Virus record (IMG/VR): IMGVR_UViG_3300032397_000005
Coordinates: 32,001 to 96,000 of that record
Source: a virus
Length of the DNA: 64,000 nt
Reading direction: 5' to 3' (one strand)
Shown: positions 19,143 to 27,831 of the stretch, in pieces
How the letters are laid out: each line of letters starts with the position of its first letter
How positions within the stretch are numbered: the first letter of the stretch is position 1
Notes under the pieces: generated by a model
Seen by the model: only the letters and a program-made list of their open reading frames with translations
Database searches by the model: none
What the model was told of the DNA's origin: nothing
Position numbers and translations under genes: made by a program

Positions 19143-19970
19143 ATGAGTAAATTTAGCATTTTGGAGGTTGTGGAACCGCACGCGTACCTTGTGGGGGAGG
19201 CGGGAAGCAGCCCGGAGACTTGGGCGGAGCGGGCACTTCTGCTCATCGAGGAGTGCGGGCGGGTCTCCCACAAGAGCGAGGGGCGGATCAAACCCGGGAG
19301 CGCGGTCCCGTTCGTGCGGAAGGTGGCCATCGAGTGGGGGCACGAGTCGATTCTGGAGCACGCCAGCCTGACGGTCTGCTTCGTGGGCTCCCGGTCGATG
19401 AGTCACCAGCTGGTTAGACATCGAATCGCCGCCTACACTCAGGAGTCCCAGCGATTCTGCGACTACGCGACGCCGGCACTTGGTCTGGACGAACAACCGG
19501 AGTGCGAGCGGGTGAGTCGACTGAAGGTGGTCGTCCCCCCGTCCGTCTCCGCGGACCTCCCGGCGGGGAGCCTGGTGTACCAAGATAACGTGCGGATAAC
19601 CGACGCTAATTGCGTCCTGGAACGCCTCAGCGTGAGGCGAAGTGAGGAGCTGCCTCCGGAGGGAGTAGACCTCAGATCCCCAGTCGGGGTCTTCCTCGCG
19701 TCCGTCATGAGCTCATACGCCACCTATCAGAAACTTCGGGAGCTCAACATACCGGCGGAGGACGCGCGGGAGGTCCTGCCAAACGCCACGAAGACGGAGG
19801 TGTACACCACCTTCAACCTCCGGGAGTGGCGCCACTTCTTCAAGATGAGACTGGACAAGCACGCTCAGTGGCAGATCAGGAAGGTTGCCCGGGAGGTCTT
19901 CAACTTCCTCCTGGCGGTCTGCCCTGTGGTGCTGGAGGGGTTGAGGACGCACTCCGGGGAGGTGATATGA
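19143..19970 (+). CDS. thyX: flavin-dependent thymidylate synthase
   Basis: GHESILEH, SR..SHQLVRHR....QESQR, AREVLP, N.REWRHF..R....AQWQIR. Confidence 0.95.
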   Translation: MSKFSILEVVEPHAYLVGEAGSSPETWAERALLLIEECGRVSHKSEGRIKPGSAVPFVRKVAIEWGHESILEHASLTVCFVGSRSMSHQLVRHRIAAYTQESQRFCDYATPALGLDEQPECERVSRLKVVVPPSVSADLPAGSLVYQDNVRITDANCVLERLSVRRSEELPPEGVDLRSPVGVFLASVMSSYATYQKLRELNIPAEDAREVLPNATKTEVYTTFNLREWRHFFKMRLDKHAQWQIRKVAREVFNFLLAVCPVVLEGLRTHSGEVI

Positions 19971-20191
19971 GGTTTGTCAAGTTCACCGCGGATAACGGCG
20001 ACCCAATCTATATCAACCCGGAGTCCGTGCAGCGGGTGAGTAGGCGGGACGTTCAAGGCGGGGGGAGCCTGGTGGTGATGACCTACGGATCCGCGTCCGC
20101 GCGTGTCACCGAGGAGCCGGAGGAGGCGGCGCGGCTCCTGGAGGAGTGCCCGCCCTGGCGGCACGTCGAGCCGACCAAGTTGCACCTATGA
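19967..20191 (+). CDS. small FlbD-like hypothetical protein
   Basis: GGAGGTGA RBS; 'FVKFT..NG.PIYINP..V...V.E..EE' pattern. Confidence 0.55.
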   Translation: MRFVKFTADNGDPIYINPESVQRVSRRDVQGGGSLVVMTYGSASARVTEEPEEAARLLEECPPWRHVEPTKLHL

Positions 20192-20228
20192 GGGTGCGGA
20201 CTTCCGCTGGATGACGGGATGAGGTACG

Positions 20229-20453
20229 GTGAAGGCGGGTGCTACTGAGGCAAGTGAGGAGCTGAGAACAGTGGATCATCGAAGAAGTGGCACCCACCTC
20301 GCTCCGAACGGAGGCGGCGTTTCCCTGGACGGGCGCTTCCTGAGCATCTGGTCCGACAAGACGGGCCCGGGCGCAATGTACTTCCGCGTGGGCGGTCGGT
20401 GGGTCCTCCTGCCGGACTGGGTGGCCAACCTGGTCCGGGAGCTGCGCTCGTGA
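20229..20453 (+). CDS. hypothetical protein
   Basis: GAGG RBS. Confidence 0.5.
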   Translation: MKAGATEASEELRTVDHRRSGTHLAPNGGGVSLDGRFLSIWSDKTGPGAMYFRVGGRWVLLPDWVANLVRELRS

Positions 20454-20580
20454 CGTCACGTACGTCCCTAGACGTCCCAGCGCCACCAGGGGGGCTCCGG
20501 GGCGCCAACCGGTGTCTAGGGTCGGGGGCGGCAACGGAGGGGCCTCGAGGGCCGGCCAACGCGTCCACGCGTGATGTGAG

Positions 20581-20853
20581 GTGAGGATGCCTTCCTACGT
20601 GATCTGCGTCGAGGCGGTGATCTCCCTGTCAACGGAGGTGGAGGCAACTTCCCTCGAAGACGCCGTCTCCGCGGCGCAGCGGCGTGGAGTCCGGGATCTG
20701 TGCCATCAGTGCGCCGGCGGAGACCCCGCCTCTGAGTGGGTGACCAGCGGTGAGCTCGACTGCGATCCCGCGATCTCCACCCTCTCGAGCGTCACCGTCG
20801 ACGGGGAGGACGTTGACCTGGGAGCGGTCCGCGCGTGCTGGGAAGGTGGGTGA
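20581..20853 (+). CDS. hypothetical protein
   Basis: ORF with RBS; ATG at 20587 is an alternative start. Confidence 0.55.
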   Translation: MRMPSYVICVEAVISLSTEVEATSLEDAVSAAQRRGVRDLCHQCAGGDPASEWVTSGELDCDPAISTLSSVTVDGEDVDLGAVRACWEGG

Positions 20854-20856
20854 CGG

Positions 20857-21717
20857 GTGACGTTCCTCATCGACGGCTCCGGCTTCGCCAAGGCGGCCTT
20901 CGTGCCCGGTCAGCAGAGTGCCCTCGCCCACCGCTTCCTCTCCCGGGTCTTCCAGCTGAACCTGCGCGGGCGCGGCCGGCCAATCGTCGTGGCCTGGGAC
21001 GCGCCGGACCACGTCTCCGGGCGCCGGGCCCGCTTCCCGGCCTACAAGGCAAACCGCGGTCTCCGCCCAGATCCGTTCGGGGGCGAGTACGCGGAGCAGG
21101 TTGCGGAGCTCCGGTCCCTCCTCCCGTCCCTGGGCGTCCACCAGGCGCTCAGTCCAGGTTGGGAGGCGGACGACGTCCTGGCCACCCTGGCTCGATCCGC
21201 GCCGGGGGAGGTGCTCGTCCTGACGCGGGACCGGGACATGATCCAGCTCGTTGATGAGCGGGTCTCCGTCCTGCTCAAGGTGGGCTCGAGGGAGCACCTC
21301 CTCGGGGAGCGGGGCGCGGAGAAGTTCCTCGGCTTCTCACCGCACGTCCACCGAGATTGGAAGGCGCTGGCGGGCGACTCCGGCGACGGCGTGCCCGGGA
21401 TGCCGGGGATCGGGGAGAAGACGGCCACGGCGCTCCTCGAGTTCCGCCCCACGCTCGTTCCGGACCTCCTCGGGGGCTCCGTCTACTACGGGCCGAACGG
21501 GCTCCAGGAACTCGAGCCGCGGGTCCGGACCGCCTTCCTGGGACTGCTCAAGCCGGAGGCGCGGGACCGACTCGAGCTGATGCGCTGGCTGGTCTCGCTT
21601 CACGAGGTCCCAATCCAAGTCCTGCGCGGGCGCCTGGACCTGGTGGAGGCGCGGACCTTCTTCTCCGCCTCGGGACTCCGGCTCCTTGGGTCTCGACTCC
21701 CGGAGTGGTCAAAATGA
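20857..21717 (+). CDS. 5'-3' exonuclease / flap endonuclease (T4 RNase H / PolI N-terminal-like)
   Basis: LIDGS, WD, YKANR, EADD, DRD, ALAGDSGD..PG..GIG.KTA. Confidence 0.92.
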   Translation: MTFLIDGSGFAKAAFVPGQQSALAHRFLSRVFQLNLRGRGRPIVVAWDAPDHVSGRRARFPAYKANRGLRPDPFGGEYAEQVAELRSLLPSLGVHQALSPGWEADDVLATLARSAPGEVLVLTRDRDMIQLVDERVSVLLKVGSREHLLGERGAEKFLGFSPHVHRDWKALAGDSGDGVPGMPGIGEKTATALLEFRPTLVPDLLGGSVYYGPNGLQELEPRVRTAFLGLLKPEARDRLELMRWLVSLHEVPIQVLRGRLDLVEARTFFSASGLRLLGSRLPEWSK

Positions 21718-22040
21718 GCAACGTCTGGTTCGTCTACCTGGTCCGCGCGGCGGACGGTTCCCTCCACTGCGGGATCTCCACGGACGTCGAGCGGCGGGTC
21801 CGGGAGCACAACGAGGGCTGGCGCGGCGCCAAGTGCCTCCGGGGGAAGCGGCCGGTTTCCCTGGCCTGGCGGAGCGCGGGGATGACCAAGTCGGCCGCCC
21901 TCCGACTCGAGGCGCGCCTCGAGCCACTTCACCCGCACTGGAGCGAGCGCCTGGCCGCGGAGTGGGCGGAGGTCAACGACCGATGGGGAGGAGTGGAGGA
22001 GTGGAGGAGTGGAGGAGTGGAGGAGGTTCGCCGCCGTTGA
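21714..22040 (+). CDS. GIY-YIG nuclease (YhbQ/UPF0213-like)
   Basis: FVYLVRAADGSLHCG.STDVERR..EHN.G.GAK; ALRLE; C-terminus runs into an 8-bp repeat. Confidence 0.8.
   Translation: MSNVWFVYLVRAADGSLHCGISTDVERRVREHNEGWRGAKCLRGKRPVSLAWRSAGMTKSAALRLEARLEPLHPHWSERLAAEWAEVNDRWGGVEEWRSGGVEEVRRR
21991..22022 (+). repeat. (GAGTGGAG)x4 tandem repeat
   Basis: read directly. Confidence 0.9.
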
Positions 22041-22385
22041 TACCTTGGTGAGTGAGCTGCCCGTCTTGGCCGTCCTGGCGAAGAGGGGTCCAACGTGACG
22101 GCTAATGACCTGGTACTCTTCAGGAAGGTTCGTGATCCTCATTGGGGCACCACTGGTTCGAGCTGGCGCTATCCAAGCCGTCCTGGCGAATGATCCGTAC
22201 TGTGGCTCCTTTACTCAGGAATTTCACATTGAGATGCAGCGAGTCGGTCCCCCGCTCGAGGTTCGTACACTTCCCCTGGGTAGTGTACATGAAAAGGCGA
22301 GGGGATCCCGAGGGCGGGCGGGGCGGCGGGCGCGGGAGGGGTCCCTCCCGCGTAAGCGGGCGCCCTCCTGGGAGGGGCTGAATGT

Positions 22386-22403
22386 CTGCCTACATGTAGG
22401 CAG
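22386..22403. promoter_or_regulatory. perfect 18-bp palindrome CTGCCTACATGTAGGCAG, putative protein-binding site
   Basis: read directly; related sites at 29912 and 31248. Confidence 0.6.
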
Positions 22404-22472
22404 GAGGGGGGTGGGGGGCGGTCCGGGGTCGGGGGGCGGGTCGCTCCGGGCGGGGCTGACTCGCGCCCCGGG

Positions 22473-22589
22473 CGGGACCCAAGTTGGGACCAACTTGTTA
22501 TCGTTCAGAAACGGGACCCAAGTTGGGACCAACTTGTTATCGTTCAGAAACGGGACCCAAGTTGGGACCAACTTGTTATCGTTCAGAAA
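22473..22589 (+). repeat. 3 x 39-bp perfect tandem repeat, each unit with an internal inverted repeat (CAAGTTGG-ga-CCAACTTG)
   Basis: unit cgggacccaagttgggaccaacttgttatcgttcagaaa at 22473, 22512 and 22551. Confidence 0.95.
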
Positions 22590-22626
22590 CGGGGTTCAGA
22601 AATGGAGTCCCGGTTTAGGTCCAACG

Positions 22627-22845
22627 CTAGGCCAGTCTCTTGACGCGGGCGACGTGACCGGACGCGTTCCGGACGCTCCGGGAGTACGCCCTTGGGGACC
22701 ACCCCTCGGCGTCCACCTCCCGGACGACCCACATCGAGCCGACGCGGGTCCCGGGCAGCCTCCCGTCTCGGATTGCGTACAGGACGCAGACGCGGGTGAC
22801 GCCCCGCAGCGCGGCAACCTCGGACACCGACAGGAGCTTGTCCAA
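22627..22845 (-). CDS. excisionase-like / HTH_17 DNA-binding protein
   Basis: LLSVSEVAALRGVTR..V...IRDGRLPG.RVG..W.V pattern. Confidence 0.8.
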   Translation of the reverse strand: MDKLLSVSEVAALRGVTRVCVLYAIRDGRLPGTRVGSMWVVREVDAEGWSPRAYSRSVRNASGHVARVKRLA

Positions 22846-22872
22846 CTCGAACCTCGCTCTCTCTCTCCCTAT

Positions 22873-22901
22873 ATCTTAGCGAACGAAAGGTCTCCCGTCC
22901 A
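22873..22901 (-). promoter_or_regulatory. sigma70-like promoter of the HTH gene (TGGACG-N17-TAAGAT)
   Basis: reverse complement of 22873-22901; same -10 hexamer as the cassette promoters. Confidence 0.6.
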
Positions 22902-22990
22902 TCACTTTTCACTCCCAATCGGTAACGAACTGGCAACGCTCCCGGGCTTCGAGTCGGCGGAGGTCCGCCTCGGGTCTGAGGTGGTCGACG

Positions 22991-23755
22991 TTGGCGCGGA
23001 CGGATCGGTCCGCGTTCGCCCGGAGTGAGGCGTCCGTGGACTGGATCCTGCGGACGATGGAGGACCTGGTGGTCACGCTCCCCTCCGGTGAGAGGGTGGA
23101 GGCGGCCTTCCGGAGGCCGTCGACGTCCGGACCCACCTCGCTGGCCGCCTCCGTCCGGTCCTGGCGCGGGGCCACGGTCTCCCTGGGGGACGGTTTCATG
23201 ACGCTCACCCTGGGTCGCGCGATCCTCCGCGTGAGGACGCGTCCGGTCTCGATCCAACGTCCCCAAGTGCCGGCGTACTTCCGGACGGGTTCCATCCACG
23301 TTGTCCTCGGGGATCCCGGGTGGATCCTCCTGCGCGTTGAGGGGCGTACGGTGGCGATCCTGCGGGCGGATCTGGCGCCGTGGGCGCCGGTTGTGCGCTT
23401 GGTGGTCCCGGATCCCGGGGTTGAGGCGCTGCTGAATGCGTCCGCCGGTCCGGCGCGTTTCCTCCCGGCGATTAGAACTGGTACCGGGGTGCTACTGTCC
23501 GGCGTTCGCTGGGTGAACGCGGGCGGGGCGGTGGTCCCGGTGGACTTCCTGCGGGCGCTCCCGGTTGGGACGGTCGTCTCGGTGGCTGAAAACGTCCTGC
23601 GGGCACCCGGGTTTGGGGCGGTAACCGGAACGACGGACTTCCTGGCGTGCGTGGAGGAGGAGACCGGGGTGCTCCCGCCCTCCCGGACGTCCTACTGGAC
23701 TGATCTTCTCCTCTTCTTATTTCCCTGGACATATTCTTTCTACGTGGTAAGATGA
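22991..23755 (+). CDS. hypothetical protein (start uncertain; 3' end runs into promoter element 1)
   Basis: long ORF with phage-like codons. Confidence 0.5.
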   Translation: MARTDRSAFARSEASVDWILRTMEDLVVTLPSGERVEAAFRRPSTSGPTSLAASVRSWRGATVSLGDGFMTLTLGRAILRVRTRPVSIQRPQVPAYFRTGSIHVVLGDPGWILLRVEGRTVAILRADLAPWAPVVRLVVPDPGVEALLNASAGPARFLPAIRTGTGVLLSGVRWVNAGGAVVPVDFLRALPVGTVVSVAENVLRAPGFGAVTGTTDFLACVEEETGVLPPSRTSYWTDLLLFLFPWTYSFYVVR

Positions 23756-23762
23756 AAGTATG
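23716..23762 (+). promoter_or_regulatory. repeated promoter element copy 1 (TGGACA-N16-TAAGAT-N6-ATG)
   Basis: -35 at 23726, -10 at 23748, ATG at 23760. Confidence 0.8.
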
Positions 23763-24404
23763 ACAAACAACGCGGTGATTGAGACCACCTTCCAGCTCCT
23801 GAGCGTTCGCGACGTCCGCCCGGTGGACTGGTTCTCCGGTGAGCGGGTTGCAATCCCGGATGGTGAACTCCCGGAGTGCGCGCGCTGTGGGCGGCGCCAC
23901 GCCGTGGTCTGGACCCTCCGGGAGCTCCCATCCGGCGGGACGGTGACGGTTGGCTCCGGTTGCGGGCCCAAGCTCCTGGCGGAGGGGCTCCTCCCGGGTG
24001 TGGACCTCCACGCGGTTGCGGCGGCCAAGAAGGTCGCGGCGGCGGAGGTCAGGGCGATCCGGCGCGTGGGCGCGGAGGTGCGGGCGCGGGAGCTGGCGGA
24101 GCTGGCCCGGGCGGCGGATCTGGCGGCGGGTGACCCACCGGCGCCGGTCTGGACCGCGGACGTGTACGGGCGGGCGGAGTTCGTGACCGTGACCGTCGGC
24201 GCCGTGGTCCGCTGCGCCGTCGCCCGCCAGCTGGACCGCGTGGCGCTCGAGCGGATGGCCGCCTCCCAGTGGCGGGACGAGGTCCGGATGGCCGCGGTCG
24301 TCGCCGCCGGCTGCCCGCGCGGCGCGCAGCACGCGGTGGTCCGCCTGGCGAACGCGGAGACCGAGGGGACCCTCCGGGACGCCGCGGCCGCCCTCCTCGG
24401 GTAG
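23760..24404 (+). CDS. hypothetical protein with Zn-binding motif (CxxC..H..C)
   Basis: first gene after element 1; CARCGRRH...TVGSGC. Confidence 0.7.
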   Translation: MTNNAVIETTFQLLSVRDVRPVDWFSGERVAIPDGELPECARCGRRHAVVWTLRELPSGGTVTVGSGCGPKLLAEGLLPGVDLHAVAAAKKVAAAEVRAIRRVGAEVRARELAELARAADLAAGDPPAPVWTADVYGRAEFVTVTVGAVVRCAVARQLDRVALERMAASQWRDEVRMAAVVAAGCPRGAQHAVVRLANAETEGTLRDAAAALLG

Positions 24405-24407
24405 TGA

Positions 24408-24499
24408 GAAAAAAAACGCACGCGGCTCGTCTTTTCCCTGTACATATTCTTTCTGCATGGTAAGATGAGAGTATGAGCAAGACGACGGAGAGCAAGATG
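24408..24499 (+). promoter_or_regulatory. repeated promoter element copy 2
   Basis: A-tract, TGTACA at 24439, TAAGAT at 24461, ATG at 24473, encodes MSKTTESKM. Confidence 0.85.
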
Positions 24500-24676
24500 G
24501 CAAAGCGGAACGGACGCGAGGTGATGGAGCGGCTGGACGCGGAGCGGACGGACCGGATGCTCCGGGAGCTGGCCTCGGACCTGGCGGACCTCGTCGCCTC
24601 CGGTGACCTGACGGAGGCGGAGGCGAACGAGTGGATGACCCGGAAGCAGGACCAGTGGAACGGGGGTGACCGGTGA
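24473..24676 (+). CDS. small hypothetical protein
   Basis: starts within element 2. Confidence 0.7.
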   Translation: MSKTTESKMAKRNGREVMERLDAERTDRMLRELASDLADLVASGDLTEAEANEWMTRKQDQWNGGDR

Positions 24677-24912
24677 CCGCTAAGAAGGACCCGCGCGCCG
24701 CAATCCGCGCCGCGCTCGAGGTGGCGATGGCGATCGCGGATGCCATCCGGGAGCTGGGGACGGTCCCGTCGGGCGTGCTCTACGCCCAGGTGGCGTCGGT
24801 CCTGACGCTGGAGGACTTCCTCTGCGTCGTCCGGAACCTGAAGGAGGCGGGCGTCGTCGCGGAGGCGAACCACGTCCTCCGCTGGACCGGACCCGCGTGG
24901 GGTGGCAAGTGA
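24673..24912 (+). CDS. small hypothetical winged-helix-like protein
   Basis: coupled ORF. Confidence 0.6.
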   Translation: MTAKKDPRAAIRAALEVAMAIADAIRELGTVPSGVLYAQVASVLTLEDFLCVVRNLKEAGVVAEANHVLRWTGPAWGGK

Positions 24913-25298
24913 CCGCCCGGGTCTCCTGCGCGTCGGACGTCGCCGCGGTCTCCCGCCCGGTCTTCCGTCGCTGGCGGTGGGAGCAGGAGGCGTTCGTGGT
25001 CCTCCTCCTCAACGCGAAGCACGACGTCATCGGGCGCCCGGAGGTCTCGGCGGTCGGGACGGTCACCTCCGTCACGGTCCACCCGCGGGACGTCTTCCGG
25101 GCGGCGGTCCGCCGGAACGCGGCCGCGGTCATCGTCGCGCACTGCCACCCGAGCGGGGACGTGGCGCCCTCCGCGGACGACCTCCTCCTGACCCGGCGCC
25201 TCCGGGAGGCCGGGGAGCTTCTCGGGATCCCGCTCCTGGACCACGTCATCGTCGGCCGGGACGCCCTCCGGTCCCTGGCGGAGACCGGGCAGCTGTGA
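24909..25298 (+). CDS. RadC-like JAB domain protein
   Basis: QE.F.VLLLN, VHPRDVF, AHCHPSGD..PS.DD and LLDHVI motifs. Confidence 0.9.
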   Translation: MTARVSCASDVAAVSRPVFRRWRWEQEAFVVLLLNAKHDVIGRPEVSAVGTVTSVTVHPRDVFRAAVRRNAAAVIVAHCHPSGDVAPSADDLLLTRRLREAGELLGIPLLDHVIVGRDALRSLAETGQL

Positions 25299-25386
25299 AA
25301 AAACGCACGCGCCCTCATTTTTCCCTGGACAGATTCTTTCTGCATGGTAAGATGAGAGTATGAGCAAGACGACGGAGAGCAAGATG
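25297..25386 (+). promoter_or_regulatory. repeated promoter element copy 3
   Basis: TGGACA at 25326, TAAGAT at 25348, ATG at 25360. Confidence 0.85.
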
Positions 25387-25539
25387 ACGAAGACGACGAA
25401 GACGGTCCACGTCCTGTCCCTCGGCGGGGAGCCCATCCACTTCGAGACGGCGGCCGCGGCGCGCCGGTTCCTGGACGCCCTCCCGGCCGGGCGACGCTGC
25501 GAGTGCGCCTACCTCGGGACGGTCGAGGTGCCCCGATGA
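25360..25539 (+). CDS. small hypothetical protein (59 aa, absent from the ORF track)
   Basis: MSKTTESKMTKTTKTVHVLSLGG..., translated by hand. Confidence 0.65.
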   Translation: MSKTTESKMTKTTKTVHVLSLGGEPIHFETAAAARRFLDALPAGRRCECAYLGTVEVPR

Positions 25540-25754
25540 CGCGCCCGGGCCGCTTCGAGGACACGACGATCTACATCTACTTCCGGCAGTTCCGCGTCCG
25601 CTGCGCGGTCACCGGCCGCGTGGAGCACGGGTGCGCGGCGGCCGGGCCGGCCAAGAAGATGCTTCGGGAGCTGGGCTGGGACTACCTCCCGCGCCAGGGC
25701 TGGGTGAGCCCGGAGGGTCTCGAGACGCTGAGGAAGGAGAGCACCAATGGCTAG
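25536..25754 (+). CDS. small hypothetical protein
   Basis: ATGA coupling. Confidence 0.6.
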   Translation: MTRPGRFEDTTIYIYFRQFRVRCAVTGRVEHGCAAAGPAKKMLRELGWDYLPRQGWVSPEGLETLRKESTNG

Positions 25755-26007
25755 GTTCAACGAGGGCGCGATGGCGGAGCTGCTGGCGGAGGTCCTCGGG
25801 ACGCCGGAGGCGGCGGAGCTGGTGGAGGAGATCCTCGGCGCGCAGGCGGCGGTCTCCTCCACCTCCTTCCGGGAGGCGGGCGTCCTGACCAACAACGCGG
25901 GCCTGGTCGTTCGCGTCGGCCGCCGGGAGTTCCAGCTCACGGTGGTCGAGAGCACGCCCTCCTACCTCCGGGAGGACGACGGGGAGGATGACGATGACGA
26001 TGAGTAG
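25747..26007 (+). CDS. small acidic hypothetical protein
   Basis: AAGGAG RBS. Confidence 0.65.
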   Translation: MARFNEGAMAELLAEVLGTPEAAELVEEILGAQAAVSSTSFREAGVLTNNAGLVVRVGRREFQLTVVESTPSYLREDDGEDDDDDE

Positions 26008-26272
26008 GCGCAGGCGGTTCCGCCCGGAGGGTCTCCTCCGCGTCCGCGTCCTCCAGGGCGCGCGCGGCTTCATCCAGAAGTTCCTCGAGCACGAGCTTTG
26101 GTACGGGGGAGCGGAGGAGCAGGGCTTCGCGGACGGCTCGACGGTCTGGCAGGTCTACTTCTGGACGCGGCTCGAGGCGGCGGACGTTCAGGAGCGGATC
26201 TGGGCGCAGAACGGCGGCGGCTGGTGTGAGGTCGTCGAGGTGGACCCGGAGACCGGGGAGGTGGCGCGGTGA
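26000..26272 (+). CDS. hypothetical protein, paralog of 28634-28900
   Basis: shared G.A.GST.WQVY..T...A..QE.IWA.NGGGWCEV. Confidence 0.7.
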   Translation: MSRRRRFRPEGLLRVRVLQGARGFIQKFLEHELWYGGAEEQGFADGSTVWQVYFWTRLEAADVQERIWAQNGGGWCEVVEVDPETGEVAR

Positions 26273-26511
26273 GAGGTCGCGACCGGATCCCCTTCGAGCG
26301 GAGCGCTGACCTCCGTCTCCTCCTCCCCGGGGGCTGGGAGGCGTTCGCGCTCCCGCGGACCGAGTTGGCGGCGCTCGAGGAGACCTTCGGAGCCGGGGCG
26401 GGTCCGTGGATAGGTCAACAGGCGGAGGCATTCGGAGGCGGTGAAAAAAACGCACTGAGTTCATCTTTTCCTATGGACAGATTCTTTCTGTATGGTAAGA
26501 TGAGAGTATGA
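26269..26511 (+). CDS. hypothetical protein reading through element 4
   Basis: GTGA coupling; C-terminus is encoded by the repeat. Confidence 0.4.
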   Translation: MRGRDRIPFERSADLRLLLPGGWEAFALPRTELAALEETFGAGAGPWIGQQAEAFGGGEKNALSSSFPMDRFFLYGKMRV

Positions 26512-26534
26512 ACAAGACGACGGAGAGCAAGATG
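26443..26534 (+). promoter_or_regulatory. repeated promoter element copy 4
   Basis: TGGACA at 26474, TAAGAT at 26496, ATG at 26508 (MNKTTESKM). Confidence 0.85.
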
Positions 26535-26714
26535 AACCGGATCGAGATCGTCTCCTCCCGCAGCGCCAACACCGTCTCCATCGTTGACGGCCTGACGGTC
26601 GTCAACATCATCCGGTTCCCCTCCGGGAATTTCTTCAAGACGTCCACCAAGTGCGCGTCCGTCGAGCGGGCGCGCGCGCTGGCCGCCTCCCTGGCGGCGG
26701 AGGAGGTGCTCTAG
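26508..26714 (+). CDS. small hypothetical protein
   Basis: starts within element 4. Confidence 0.7.
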   Translation: MNKTTESKMNRIEIVSSRSANTVSIVDGLTVVNIIRFPSGNFFKTSTKCASVERARALAASLAAEEVL

Positions 26715-26947
26715 TGGGGACCGCGCGCGTGAACTTCACCCTCCCCTCCTACCCGGGCGGGGAGGCGCGGCTGGACGAGATCGCGCACCGGCTGGTGGAG
26801 GACCTCCCGGCGCACATGCGGCGCGGCGCGGTCCTGGTGGTGGCTCAGGACTGGGACGGGCGGACGATCTGCTGGACCTCCCTCCGCTGCGGGGAGAGCC
26901 GGCCCAACCACCTGGCGTGGGCGCCCGCGTCCATGCCCTGGGAGTAG
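26714..26947 (+). CDS. small hypothetical protein
   Basis: GGAGGT RBS before GTG at 26714. Confidence 0.55.
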   Translation: MGTARVNFTLPSYPGGEARLDEIAHRLVEDLPAHMRRGAVLVVAQDWDGRTICWTSLRCGESRPNHLAWAPASMPWE

Positions 26948-26956
26948 GAGAGGACG

Positions 26957-27268
26957 ATGAAGGTCTCCCTGGAGTGCACGAGCCTGGCCGCCCTGGCGGC
27001 CGCCCTGACGGACCGGATGCTGAAGCACGCGGACTACGCGGCGGAGATGTGCGCGGACGGCGACGAGCCCGGGGACGCGGCGCGCTGGATCGCCTTCGCG
27101 CGGCTCCTCCGCCGCGGCGGGTCGGTGGAGGTCAACGCCTCCCTCGAGGCGGCGCTCGACTGCCTCATCGTCGAGCAGGAGACCCTCCCGCCCTGTCCCC
27201 GCTGCGGCGGGCAGCGGGACCGGGACCCGGGCGGGGAGGTCTACTGCACCGAGTGTCACCCGGGGTAG
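26957..27268 (+). CDS. hypothetical protein with C-terminal Zn-ribbon
   Basis: AGGAG RBS; CPRC..CTEC. Confidence 0.65.
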   Translation: MKVSLECTSLAALAAALTDRMLKHADYAAEMCADGDEPGDAARWIAFARLLRRGGSVEVNASLEAALDCLIVEQETLPPCPRCGGQRDRDPGGEVYCTECHPG

Positions 27269-27356
27269 AAAAGCGCACGCGGCTCATCTTTTCTCTGGAC
27301 ATATTCTTTCTGCATGGTAAGATGAGAGTATGAGCAAGACGACGGAGAGCAAGATG
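27268..27356 (+). promoter_or_regulatory. repeated promoter element copy 5
   Basis: TGGACA at 27296, TAAGAT at 27318, ATG at 27330. Confidence 0.85.
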
Positions 27357-27524
27357 AAGACCGCCACCGAGTACGGGATCCGCTGGTTCGAGTTCGACCG
27401 GAGCGACCGCCGGGTCCAGCGGGAGAAGTTCTTCAAGACGGAGAAGGCGCGCGCAGCCTTCGCGGCGCGGCTGGAGACCAAGGACAACTTCGCGGGTGAC
27501 TTCACCTGGAGCGAGGAGGCGTAG
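27330..27524 (+). CDS. small hypothetical protein
   Basis: starts within element 5. Confidence 0.7.
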   Translation: MSKTTESKMKTATEYGIRWFEFDRSDRRVQREKFFKTEKARAAFAARLETKDNFAGDFTWSEEA

Positions 27525-27812
27525 ATGGCCAGCAAACGGAAGAAGGCGGCGCCGGAGTACCTCCCGCCGGCGGAGCGGATCCTGGCGGCGAAGTTCCTGG
27601 CGACCTCGAACCTGGGGCAGCCGGAGCCGCGGAGCGCGGACCCGTTGGCGAGCAGCTGGTGGACGGGCGCCCGTCCACGGTCCGTGGGCGGAGATGTGCG
27701 TCTCCTGCCACGCGCGCGTTGGGCTCGGTTTTGGGCTCGGGCGGGGTCAACTCTACCAGTTGGCTCCGGACGGAACCTGGGTGAAGGTGCGGCGAACGTG
27801 AGGGATCCCTAG
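27525..27812 (+). pseudogene. chimeric/truncated gene: N-terminal 40 aa paralogous to 28890, then out-of-frame remnant of another gene
   Basis: homology to 28890 stops at ..SADP; the other frame reads GPWAEMCVSCH..GLGFGLGRGQLY. Confidence 0.5.
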
Positions 27813-27831
27813 GTGTTGGGAGGGCGCGAAT

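Noticed and set aside
22473-22589. 39-bp repeats as a CRISPR array
   Set aside because: The units are directly adjacent with no spacers, and there are no cas genes in the window.
22105-23028. 307-aa ORF spanning the repeats
   Set aside because: Low-complexity translation, overlaps the credible minus-strand HTH gene, and stays open only because 39 is a multiple of 3.
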